The notes under the pieces were generated by a model that did not search any database, was not told where the DNA came from, and saw only the letters and a program-made list of their open reading frames with translations. Source: Naegleria gruberi (Eukaryota). From it: a stretch of DNA of 64,000 nt. This document shows positions 51,787 to 62,339 of this stretch, piece after piece. The stretch is from assembly GCA_000004985.1 (NCBI GenBank), contig GG738861.1. One strand, 5' to 3'. Each line of letters opens with the position of its first letter. The stretch's first letter is position 1. Position numbers and translations under genes: made by a program.

Positions 51787-54489
51787 TTATGTCATGATAA
51801 TTTGTACATTGAGGATTGATGTGATGGAGAGATTGAGGCCAACAATCTTTAAAACTCTATCAGAATAATCGAAAGTGAAAGTATTGATGGCAGCTCCATT
51901 AACAATAACAGAATTGACACTATTTCCATTATTCAAACCATACATGATCACTTGGTCGAGAATTAATTGTTTGGCGTTATTGTATCCCAAATTGGTTGGA
52001 ATACCTTTAAAGGAGTAAGTCTTTGAATTGCTTGAAACTGAATATTGAATTGTAGTGTAGAGTTGATCTTCCAAGGTATCTAATGTTTCACCGTCATCCA
52101 AGTACAACATTCCACTTGCAGTTTGATTTGCATCGAGAGCAACAATCAATTGGTATGGATTCAACAATTGTTGGACAGTATTCATACCTGGTGTTTGAGT
52201 TGGAACAATACTTCCTCCCTTAATTGAAATAGGCATTGTGTGAAGATCAGCAGGTAATTGAATAGTCACTCCACCAGTATTGGTTTGTAACTTTCCATTA
52301 AAGAAATCATACCAAACTGCTTTTGGGAAGTAGGCTGTGACAACTGTTTGTGAGTAGTAAAGAGCTGGTGAAACAAGCAAAGCTTCACCATACATGAATT
52401 GCTCCTCAATGGTGTATGTACTTTTTTCATTAGGGAATGAGAAGAAGAGTGGGCGAGCTGCTAAACCTCCATTCATACTGACTTGAGCCATTGTGGTGTA
52501 GAGGTATGGCAATAATCTATATCTGTTGGTAATGAATTTTCTAGAAATGTCAGTTGTTTCCTGATCGAAAGCAAATGGTTCTTGAGGACGATTTCCAATA
52601 GCATTATGGTTTCTTGAGAATGGATACATGGATCCAACTTGCATCCATCTAATTAAAAGCTCCTTTGTTGTGTTTTGATTGAAACCTCCAATATCAGAGC
52701 CAACATGTGCAAAACCAAACATACCATTCAAGATGATGGATGGAATTGAACTTCTAAGACTTTCAAATGTAGAATCATTATCACCTGTCCAGTGAGAAAC
52801 ATAGGCTCCACTACCAGCATAACTACTTCTAGACAAGACAAATGATCTTTTTCCATAGTAAGATTGCAAAGCTTCAGCTGTAGCAATTGACTCTAAAAAT
52901 CCGTATAAATTGTGAGCATTGTAATGTGTACTGGCACTCATTTGGGAGTCAAGGTCAATACTCTTGTGATAGAGAGGTTCGTTATCTCCACCTGGGACAA
53001 ATGGAGGGAAATTCAATGAATTTTGAGCAGGAACGAAAAAGTCCAATGTTGCTGGTTCGTTCATATCAGTCCACAATCCATCAAGATTAATTGTACTCAA
53101 AAAACCATGAATTACTGGTTTCCAATATTGATTCTTGAACTTTGGATGAGTCATATCAGGGAAATAGCAGTTTCCAGGCCAAACAACATGATTCACATAA
53201 TTGGAGCTATTGGCACCCTTAACAAAAATATCCAAAGAAAGACCCAACTCTAATGGTTCATAAGTTTCCTTATTCAAATCAAGGATTGGAATACCAGGAT
53301 CTACAATAACAACATATTTACGACCCTTGTTGTGCAACTCATTGGTAACGAATTGTCTAACATCATTGATTGGGTAACGATCTGGATCAAATGTAAAGTC
53401 CCAATACTTGTACATGTAGTCAATATCAGTCCACATGACTTCGAGTGGCAATTGGTTGGCATCGTATCCAGCAACAACTTTTTGCACTTCATCAAGAGTT
53501 CTATAACCCCACCTGCATTGATGGAACCCCATTGACCAGAGAGGAGGCAAATATGGCTTTCCAATAATTGAGTGGTATTGTTGAATAACTTGTTCAGCAG
53601 TTGGACCAAGGAAGAAGTAGAAATCCAAAATACCTCCAATAGTTTGATATTGAATATATTTTGCATTATTGTTGAATTCAATTCTAACACTCATAGCATT
53701 GGTATTGAGCAAGAAGGCACCATGAGCATTTGAATAAGTACCAGCTTGTAAGTAGAATGGATGAGATCCATAGAGATTCATCTTTTCTTGATTACCATTA
53801 TCATTATTCCACATGACGTATTCATTATTTGTGATATTCAAACTCATTCTGTCGATTCTCTCACCAAAACCATAAATATTTGGAGCATCACCTGTTTGAG
53901 TGGAGAACAAAGTGGTACCAATTGAAATATATTGATCACTAAACACAAATGGCAAACCCTTTGTCGTAAATACAGGAATACTTGATCCAACTCTATTGAT
54001 TGTAAAATAAAACGATTGACCAGTTTGGGCAACTTCAATTGCATACTTTTTGGATTGTTTGGCAGAAATCCTCCTCGACAAGACTTCCTTCTTTAACACA
54101 TATTGTTCTGCTTGCCATCTCTTTCCTTCCAAATCAGTAATTTTTACACGAAGAATTGAATCCGAAACATAGGTAATATTAAACTTTAAATTTTGAATAT
54201 CCTTCCCATAAGGACCTCCAGTCCCATCCAATAATCTTAAATTTCCACTCACACCACTAGCAGTCTCTGACACTGATTGAACAATATATTGAGAAGTGGC
54301 AATCTTGTACGGATCCGCCATACGATTCGTTCCGATCTTGAATTTTCTCTGTTCTTGTTGTTTCTGATTGATAGTCAATTGCACTCCATTCACGATCGGT
54401 GCCATTTGAAACCCAACAAGAAGCACAACCATCAACAGTGCCATCAGCACATGACCATCTCTCGGAACTAATATACAATTCATCATCAT
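51787..54489 (-). CDS. Glycoside hydrolase family 31 alpha-glucosidase, secreted. 900 aa, single exon.
   Basis: Signal peptide, then GH31 signatures: ...GLWTDMNEPA... (catalytic nucleophile region), ...VVWPGNCYFPDMTHPK..., ...HNLYGF.... The catalytic acid region is ...SRSSYAGSGAYVSHWTGDNDSTFESL.... Its 3' end lies about 8 nt from the stop of the convergent + strand gene. Confidence 0.85.
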   Translation of the reverse strand: MMMNCILVPRDGHVLMALLMVVLLVGFQMAPIVNGVQLTINQKQQEQRKFKIGTNRMADPYKIATSQYIVQSVSETASGVSGNLRLLDGTGGPYGKDIQNLKFNITYVSDSILRVKITDLEGKRWQAEQYVLKKEVLSRRISAKQSKKYAIEVAQTGQSFYFTINRVGSSIPVFTTKGLPFVFSDQYISIGTTLFSTQTGDAPNIYGFGERIDRMSLNITNNEYVMWNNDNGNQEKMNLYGSHPFYLQAGTYSNAHGAFLLNTNAMSVRIEFNNNAKYIQYQTIGGILDFYFFLGPTAEQVIQQYHSIIGKPYLPPLWSMGFHQCRWGYRTLDEVQKVVAGYDANQLPLEVMWTDIDYMYKYWDFTFDPDRYPINDVRQFVTNELHNKGRKYVVIVDPGIPILDLNKETYEPLELGLSLDIFVKGANSSNYVNHVVWPGNCYFPDMTHPKFKNQYWKPVIHGFLSTINLDGLWTDMNEPATLDFFVPAQNSLNFPPFVPGGDNEPLYHKSIDLDSQMSASTHYNAHNLYGFLESIATAEALQSYYGKRSFVLSRSSYAGSGAYVSHWTGDNDSTFESLRSSIPSIILNGMFGFAHVGSDIGGFNQNTTKELLIRWMQVGSMYPFSRNHNAIGNRPQEPFAFDQETTDISRKFITNRYRLLPYLYTTMAQVSMNGGLAARPLFFSFPNEKSTYTIEEQFMYGEALLVSPALYYSQTVVTAYFPKAVWYDFFNGKLQTNTGGVTIQLPADLHTMPISIKGGSIVPTQTPGMNTVQQLLNPYQLIVALDANQTASGMLYLDDGETLDTLEDQLYTTIQYSVSSNSKTYSFKGIPTNLGYNNAKQLILDQVIMYGLNNGNSVNSVIVNGAAINTFTFDYSDRVLKIVGLNLSITSILNVQIIMT

Positions 54490-54652
54490 TTGAAGCAGTT
54501 TTTCGACTCAAACAACAAAATCAAAGCCTCCTTAGATTTGAACAAAAAAAAATTGGAAAAAATCTTTCGGAGTCAAAAGAGGAGTCTCAATCACAATTTT
54601 TTTAATTTTTTAATTTTAAAAATTTATAATATTAAATATCATCATAAAAAAT

Positions 54653-57600
54653 ATGCCAGCAAGTTTTGCTCCATCGACTGCGAATCCTTTCGGGAGTGCT
54701 GCAAACTCATCGTATCTGTATGATGAATTTATCGAGACGGCCGATCTTACTCCACAAGAACAACATCATGAAAATTTTAAAACTTTTTTAAATGAGTTTC
54801 AATTGTTATCATCAAATATGCAAGATAGTTTTCATGATGATGTTGTTACACAATTGTTGGAGTCTCATGATCAATATCAAATTGGTTCGGCATCGGGTAT
54901 GCCTGCTGTGGGGAGTATTGGTATGTTTGTAATTTATTTGATGATGATTGTGGAAATTAACATTGTGGAAAATTAATAGGAAGTTCACAACCTTTGATTC
55001 GTTTCAGTTTTGCACCAAATGAAAATCTTAGATTTGATGAATTGTTACAAATTTCAACAGAAAATCAAATACTTCGTAAAGTTCTTTTAGTCTTTGCTCA
55101 CTTGTGTGAAGAAATGTCCTTCCTTTCTACATTTGCCAAACAACACTTCTTCCCTGCACTTTCACTTTTCGGAGTTACTGTTCAAGATCAAGATGAATTA
55201 GATGGTGAAAAACAATTACAATTTGGACGTGCCATTCCACTTCTTATGGATTTGTGGAATTTCTGTGCCAGATCTAACTATGTCGTCAAATCAACAATAC
55301 AACAACTGGCAAGCTTATTTTGTGATACTAATGTAAATGACAAAAACTTGGCCACTTACTTGGGAGGTCCTGGTGGTTCACAAAGTCAATATTCACATTT
55401 TGAAAGAGTATATGAAACATTGGGTGAATTATTAGGAGTTTTGATAACTTTGGATGAAATTATTCTTCAAAACAGTGCCTTCTCTCATCAGCTCACTCTT
55501 TACAAGAGAATGATCAGTAAGGGTATGTATCTAATTGTTGTTAATTAATTTGAGACTGATCATTATTTTCTCACATTATAGTTATGACTGAACCTGAGAG
55601 ATACGGTACCACAAAGCAAAATGTAGGAAAGGTTTATTATTTATTAGAAAAAGTTGAAGGAGATGTTCTTGATGATTCAATCTTCAAATCATGTATTAAC
55701 CAAGCTTTTGAAGATGTTGTAACATATACCCAATTAGTTCAATCTGAAAGTGGAGAAACACAAGAAAAATATGAATCACTTAATATTGCTATTCAAAAGA
55801 ATAAGATTCTTAAAATGGAATTTGAACATCATTTGAAATTACAATTCGAGGAAATTTTGAAAACTGTCCTTCCTCAACCAACAACAACATTTAATATTCA
55901 ATCTTCAGGAACTGCTTCTCTCTCAGGAAATAACGCTAATAACGCCACATTCTTGGAATCGATACTTGAAAAGAGATTTGATTTTGTTGGATTTTGTGGT
56001 CTTTACATTTTATACTTTAATTTGTGGATGGATAATCAAACCTTGAAAAAGCTCTTCAAGCAAGTCTGGGAATTCCACAAAAAATGTCCAATTATTCACT
56101 TGTATGGTAATACTGCTTGGTCTTCTGCTGAATTTTTCCTTGCCAAGGTACCAGATATGGTCAGACTTTCAGGTGTCAAGAATCCAAAGAAAGAAATTGA
56201 AGTCGACAGAAGTAAATATATGGACGGTTTAATTAAGAGCTTGTTCCCTAACATGGTCAATCAACTCAATTTGAAGATGAACATTTGGCAAAGTAGATTT
56301 GAGTCCAACTTTGATGTGTTGGCCTCTGCTGGTAGAGACGTACTTGCTGTTGAAGGCTCACTGTTATTGCAAGGTTTGGAACTTGCTCAACAAATCAATA
56401 CTCTTGTTAAGAATGGTATTTATTTGCACATTCTTGCTGCAAAGAGTTTGTCCATGTCACAAGTTTTACAATTATGTAGCATGGTAGAAATGGTAAAGAG
56501 TATTCAAAACAGTTTTTACAGAAAATCTCCTCAACTTGCCAAGCACATCAGTTACATTACTGAATTCTTAACTTTCAAGATTCAAAGATTCTTGGTTGTT
56601 CTCAGAAATAGACTTCAAACAAAGAAAAAGCAAAGTAATGCTGATGCTGATCAATTGAGTGCTGTACTCTTAGCTTTGCACTTGCTTGATTCTGGACACC
56701 CAAGTAAGAAGAGATTGGTCTTGCTTAGTCTCACATTATCTGTAGCTTTCTCACGTGCTTCTGGTTTGTTCAAGGAGTCTGAATATGAGGAAGTTAAGGT
56801 TTTGATGAAGAGATTGGAAGTTTTGGCTCATTTTGATGTCTTGTTGGGAGAATACTGCGACTGTTCTTACTTGTACTGGAATAGAAATGTAATCCCAGCC
56901 TTCTTTGATAAGGTTTATGAGAATCCATCTCGTGCTCCTCAACTTCACCTCATGATGTCTGCTCTGCAAGATCCTCTTTACAATGTACTCTTGTCAAGTA
57001 AGGATGGTATTACACCAGTTGCTGTTCACTTGGAAGATGGCGGCAAGGCACTTGTAGATGATTATGTTGATGAAATTATGAGCTATTTCAATGCTCATAT
57101 CGTTGATCCATTGTGTCAAGAAATTGAAACTGATCTCAGATTGCACATCCACAATACAAATGTGTTCAAGAAGAAGGCCATTGCCTCTCAAACAAAGGAC
57201 TTGTCTCCATTCTTCAAGACTTTGGGTCCAATCAGATTCCATAACAAGCTCATTGAAATTAAGAGACTTGTTGAAAAATACTTGGACAAGACATTCTACG
57301 ATTTTACTATTATTGCTCTCCACGATTGGAAGACATATGAAGAAATGCGTAATTTGGCCTTTGAAAAGTACGGACTCAACTTGATTAATGTTTATTTGCC
57401 AGGTCAAACTTTGGAACAAGGTCTTGATGTTCTTGAAATTACCAGAAATATTCATGTTTTTGTTTCAAAATTCTCCTACAATTTGAATCAGAACATGTTC
57501 ATTGAACAATGTGCCAAATCCGAAGCCAAGAGTCTCAATGTTTTGCACATTAAACATATTGCCAACTCGATCAGAACTCACGGTACTGGTATTATGAATA

Positions 57601-58670
57601 CTACCATCAACTTTGTGTATAGATTTTTGGGTAAGAAACTCTACATTTTCTCCCAATTCTTGTTTGATGATCACATTAAGAGCAGACTCCTCAAGGACAT
57701 TAGATTCTACAAGGATGAAGCTCTCAAGAGTTTAGACAACAAATTCCCTCTCAAGAGTGCCAAGAAATTCATTAAGGATATCAAAAAGTTGGGTCTTTCA
57801 TCTCAAAGTGGACTTTCTTATCTTGATCAATTCAGAGTTCTCATTACTGAAATTGGTAATGCTTTGGGTTATGTAAGAATGGTTCGTGCTGGTGGTTTGC
57901 GTTATATTAACGATGCTATTCAATTCGTTCCAATGAATTGTTTCCCAGATGTTCAAGAAGATGAAGAAGAAAAGAAGATTGAAACACCAGATGCTGCCAC
58001 AACTGATGGTTCAGTTCCACCAACTACTGCAACCGAAGAAAAGAAGGAAGACGATGCCAACAATATGAGTGTATTGTGTAAGGATGTCTTCTCACAAGAA
58101 ACTATTGAAGCTGCCAATAATTTACACAATGTCGTTTTGAATATGGCAAAGATTTCACAATCTCAAAGAAGTGACTACTTTAAGACATTGGAAACTGTAT
58201 TCAAGAATGAATTGTTGAAGGAACAAAACAACCACTTGAGAAACTTTTATATTATCATTCCAGCTCTTACTCTGAGCTTTGTTGAAACAATGCTCATTTC
58301 TAAGGATAAGATGTTACGTTCAGGGAAGGAAGCTTCCTTTACCGATGATGGTTTTGCTTTAGGTGTTGCTTTTATTTTGAAGGTTTTGTGTCAAAATGAA
58401 AAATTCGACAGTTTGCATTGGTTTGAAAGTGTGGCTATGACTTTCAAGCAAGAATATGAAGATACTAAACGTGTAATGGCTGAACTTAGTCAAAAGAAGA
58501 ATGAAGGCAATAAGAAGAAGATGTCTGAAAAGGAAAGAGAAAAGATGATACAAAATGATGACGAGCTTCAAACCATGAACCTTACCCTTAACAGAATTTT
58601 GAGTTATAAGAGAGAATTCGAATTGTTATTCTTCTCATTCTCTGGAGCTAGAGTATTCTTTAGAGATTAA
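54653..58670 (+). CDS. WASHC4: WASH complex subunit 4 (SWIP / KIAA1033 homolog). About 1300 aa in three exons at ~54653..54920, ~54980..55522 and ~55582..58670.
   Basis: Long collinear similarity to metazoan WASHC4. RVYETLGELLGVLITLDEIILQNSAFSHQLTLYKRMISK matches [90 protein letters not shown] matches [67 protein letters not shown]...FTDDGFALGVAFILKVL...FDSLHWFESV...LQTMNLTLNRILSYKREFELLFFSFSGARVFFRD matches the SWIP C-terminus. Introns run GTATGT to AG and are phase-consistent. Confidence 0.8.
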
Positions 58671-58941
58671 ATTTGTAAAACTTGTAAAAATCATATATAC
58701 TAGAAATTTATTGTTAGTGTTGTTATTCTGTTGGTTTGAAGGAGTTAAAGATCATACGAAACATAAAAATAGAAAAAACTATTAAATTGGTATTACCACC
58801 TCATCAGAACAATATTGTAAAAGTTTTAACGAGGACGTTAATTATCAATCAATTTGCGTTAATTTTAGAAAATCAGGGAATTTCAGAATCCTTTTCAATA
58901 AAGTCATCAAATTACACAACTGAAAGTAAATTTCAAAAAAA

Positions 58942-59862
58942 ATGTCATCAAACAATAATCAAACTGTTACAGGAATAGATTTGTATTCAAGATTTGCCTT
59001 GTCAGGAGCCATTTCATGTGGTGTAACCCATGGAGCTGTCACACCTGTTGACGTTGTCAAAACTCTCAAACAATTATATCCTCAACAGTACAATAAGGGA
59101 ATGATTTCAACTTTTAGACAAGTTGTCAATGAGAAAGGTGCTTCTGCTTTATTGACTGGAATTGGTCCAACTTTTATTGGATATTTCATGCAGGGAGCTT
59201 TCAAATTTGGTGGATATGAAGTGTTTAAGGAGAAATTTGTAAATTATTTGGGAATGGAACGTGCTAGAGAGAATAAGAATTCAATTTATGTTGCATCCTC
59301 TGCTATGGCTGAGTTTATTGCCGATATTTTCTTGTGTCCTCTGGAGGCAACTAGGATTCGTCTAGTTTCTCAACCTAGTTTTGCAAATGGATTAGTTGGA
59401 GGATTTGCAAGATTATATAGAGAGGAAGGTGTCTTGAAGGGTTTCTATTCTGGTTTCTTCCCAATTCTATTGAAACAAATTCCATACAATATTACCAAAT
59501 TTGCCACTTATGAAATTGCCTTGGCAAATATTTTGGCAATTATTGGAAAGCAAAAGAGTGAACTCTCCTCAACAAATGAAACCCTTGTTGATTTGGGAAG
59601 TGGTTTAACAGCTGGTATCTGTGCTGCAATTATTTCTCAACCTGCAGATACCTTACTGAGTATGATGAATAAGCAAAATGCAAGTGACCAATCCATTTCG
59701 TCTAGATTGGTGTTGCTCGTCAAGGAATTAGGTCCAAGTGGATTATTCCGTGGCTTGGGACCCAGAATTGTTATGGTTGGAGCTATAACAGCTGGTCAAT
59801 TTGCTATTTATGGAAGAATTAAGGCAGCTTTGGGTGCCAAACCAAATGTTGAAATTCATTAG
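58942..59862 (+). CDS. Mitochondrial phosphate carrier (SLC25A3 / Mir1 type) of the mitochondrial carrier family. Single exon.
   Basis: Three mitochondrial-carrier repeats. The N-terminal ...[27 protein letters not shown]... matches the PiC signature (...CG.TH....PLD.VK.R.Q). [13 protein letters not shown] and [20 protein letters not shown] are also present. Confidence 0.85.
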   Translation: MSSNNNQTVTGIDLYSRFALSGAISCGVTHGAVTPVDVVKTLKQLYPQQYNKGMISTFRQVVNEKGASALLTGIGPTFIGYFMQGAFKFGGYEVFKEKFVNYLGMERARENKNSIYVASSAMAEFIADIFLCPLEATRIRLVSQPSFANGLVGGFARLYREEGVLKGFYSGFFPILLKQIPYNITKFATYEIALANILAIIGKQKSELSSTNETLVDLGSGLTAGICAAIISQPADTLLSMMNKQNASDQSISSRLVLLVKELGPSGLFRGLGPRIVMVGAITAGQFAIYGRIKAALGAKPNVEIH

Positions 59863-59954
59863 TGTGTGTTATTATTGGTATATTGAAATTTTGATAACTC
59901 GAATTATTAGAGGTATTTGTACGCAATATCGAGTTGTGTGGAGCTAGCATAAAT

Positions 59955-62051
59955 TTAAAGTTTTTTAATTGTTTCCAATCTCTTCTTACTCTTTTCATGA
60001 TTTGGATCTAATTTGAGGGCATAGACAACATATTTCTCTGCTAAGTGTTTGTTATTCAATCGAATAGCCATCTCTGCAATATTACTTGCTATTATCACCC
60101 TTTCCGATCTAATTGTTTCAGGGGTTGGGTAGTTTTCTTCCAGGATATCACTAAGAATTACAAATGTGTTCTTGTATCCAATAATTGCTTGGTTGTAATC
60201 CCTTAATTGAACATCAAAATCATTAATACTTCTTTTAGAACCAATGAATGACACATAATACCTAATATAAAATTGTCCATCGTCATTGATTTTTCCATTC
60301 AACTCTGGTACTGCTTGAAGAATATTTCCCAATATTATGTATGATGAGGCGAATCTTGGAATGGTGATGTGAAACACTTTTCCATAATCATCAACAATAC
60401 ACACTACGTTTGATCGATTAGTGATTTCTGAATCGTATCCCCTCATGTTAGTATTGTCACTCTTTTGTTTTTCAATAACTGTTGAGTTGATCAACATATC
60501 AATAAGAATACCATTTTCAAAATTAGCTATTTTGGAAGCCAATATTGGGTTGTGTGAAAGCCAGGATAACACATAGACCAAAGACGTCTCTTCTGCAATA
60601 ATATTTTGCAAAGCTGTTGATAACCTATCCTCAAGCCCTCTATCATTCTTTTCACACTCAGTCATTAATTTCTTAATATTTGAAATAGAATAGAATAGGT
60701 CAAAATCAATTCTGGTCAGCATCTTACAGAATCTTTCAATTGGGAAAGTTGTGAGTTCTTCTAATAATTGATAATCAACTTCGAATGGCTGTTCTATATT
60801 TCCGTCTTGGTCCAACTTCTCCTCGTCATAGAGGAAGAGTGAGAACAAGTTAATCAAAAAGGTTCTAACAGAACTAAATAGAGTCATAAAATTGTCAACA
60901 TGTGGGAAATTGTCGATCAAGTCCAACAATTCAAACAGCATTGCTTGTGTGAACATTCTTTTTCTTAATCCCTTTCTCTTTGCTGTCAATGTAAGAGTAA
61001 GCATGGTTTTGGAAGCTTTTTTCAATGAAGATATTAACCATCTTCTAGCATTATTTGCGCCATCCTCATTATACTCGGCATCCATACTAGGGAAAATATC
61101 ACTTTGATAAAATCCTTCCTCATTAAATTCATTCCACATTTTTTCAGGATTTTGATAGTCCTTGATGAATTGTAATATTGCCTCATTGAGTGGATATGTT
61201 TCATTGAGTAGGATGAAATTAGGAATATCAAGACCTAACGTTGCACATCTGTCAATAATTGTTCTAATAATTCCTGTGACCAAATCACGTTGAGTGACCA
61301 CACCATATTTCAAAACCTTGTACAAGACACCAACACCGTTCATAACTACATGTCTTCCATCATTAATCATTTTAGAGCTATTTGGTCCATTCTGTTCTTC
61401 TGTGAAATATCTTTCAATAATAGCCTTGAAAGTTTTTTCATCTGAGGTGAGTAAAATAAAATTCAAAAGCTCAGCCGAATACACAGGATAATGTGCATGT
61501 TCATCTAAGAAATCCTTCTTTTCATACATGAAACAATCCACATTCTCAGGAGCAACTGGTAAATTCAAATGTTTAAACTTCTTCTTTTCATACAAGTATC
61601 TGTAGGAATGAGTCATGAACATGAGCAAGTGATTGACAAATCCCAACTCAACCATCATTTGAAAATTCTCATCCAATCCTCTTGGTGCAAAGCCCATCAT
61701 CGCATATCTTCTCATTGTCATTCTCAAAGAACTTGTCCAAGTTGTGGGAGCCTCATTATGTTGGAACAATGGACGAGTTTGCTTTGTTTTACTTCCGTGT
61801 AAAATAACTTTGAATCTGTGTCTTCTCCTGCTCAAATCACGTTCATGATTGATAATATCCAACAAATCCGAATAGTAAAATGCATGATCTTCGTTCAATG
61901 TTCCATAAGGTGATGAGAAGGGATTCATTTGTAATTGGTATTCTTTTCTTTTGAAGGAGGCAAAGAGAGACTCCTCCGATTGGTGATAACCATCATCATT
62001 GGTGAGTTTGGATAAATCTGATGATGTTTCAAAGCCTTTGAGTGGATACAT
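59955..62051 (-). CDS. Hypothetical 698-aa protein with a possible divergent RasGEF (Cdc25-like) region and a C-terminal TPR-like helix pair.
   Basis: ...FPIERFCKMLTRIDFDLFYSISNIKKLM...TALQNIIAEETSLVYVLSWLS...KIANFENGILID... resembles the start and core helices of the Cdc25-homology domain (LT.ID..LF..I...EL ... L..W). Canonical downstream RasGEF motifs are weak. The C-terminus is ...AIRLNNKHLAEKYVVYALKLDPNHEKSKKRLETIKKL. Confidence 0.35.
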   Translation of the reverse strand: MYPLKGFETSSDLSKLTNDDGYHQSEESLFASFKRKEYQLQMNPFSSPYGTLNEDHAFYYSDLLDIINHERDLSRRRHRFKVILHGSKTKQTRPLFQHNEAPTTWTSSLRMTMRRYAMMGFAPRGLDENFQMMVELGFVNHLLMFMTHSYRYLYEKKKFKHLNLPVAPENVDCFMYEKKDFLDEHAHYPVYSAELLNFILLTSDEKTFKAIIERYFTEEQNGPNSSKMINDGRHVVMNGVGVLYKVLKYGVVTQRDLVTGIIRTIIDRCATLGLDIPNFILLNETYPLNEAILQFIKDYQNPEKMWNEFNEEGFYQSDIFPSMDAEYNEDGANNARRWLISSLKKASKTMLTLTLTAKRKGLRKRMFTQAMLFELLDLIDNFPHVDNFMTLFSSVRTFLINLFSLFLYDEEKLDQDGNIEQPFEVDYQLLEELTTFPIERFCKMLTRIDFDLFYSISNIKKLMTECEKNDRGLEDRLSTALQNIIAEETSLVYVLSWLSHNPILASKIANFENGILIDMLINSTVIEKQKSDNTNMRGYDSEITNRSNVVCIVDDYGKVFHITIPRFASSYIILGNILQAVPELNGKINDDGQFYIRYYVSFIGSKRSINDFDVQLRDYNQAIIGYKNTFVILSDILEENYPTPETIRSERVIIASNIAEMAIRLNNKHLAEKYVVYALKLDPNHEKSKKRLETIKKL

Positions 62052-62339
62052 TTTTTTTCTTGTGCTTAAAACTTGAAGCCTTTGCTTTTACAATGCTGTT
62101 TTTCTCATATTGTGAATACAACAATAGAATGTTTCAAAGAATGAGATTTTACTTGAATTTTTTGGTGTTAATGAGGTGAGTAATGGAAAGGTCCTTACTT
62201 TTTCCACTCAAGATAAAGTGAAAACTGCAAAATTGGAAACTAAGAGCATTACACCAACTATTCTGAATACTTATTCTGATAGGATATTGTTTAGATTGTT
62301 TTCAACTTTTGATCTTGTATCAATATAATTAGTACATAT

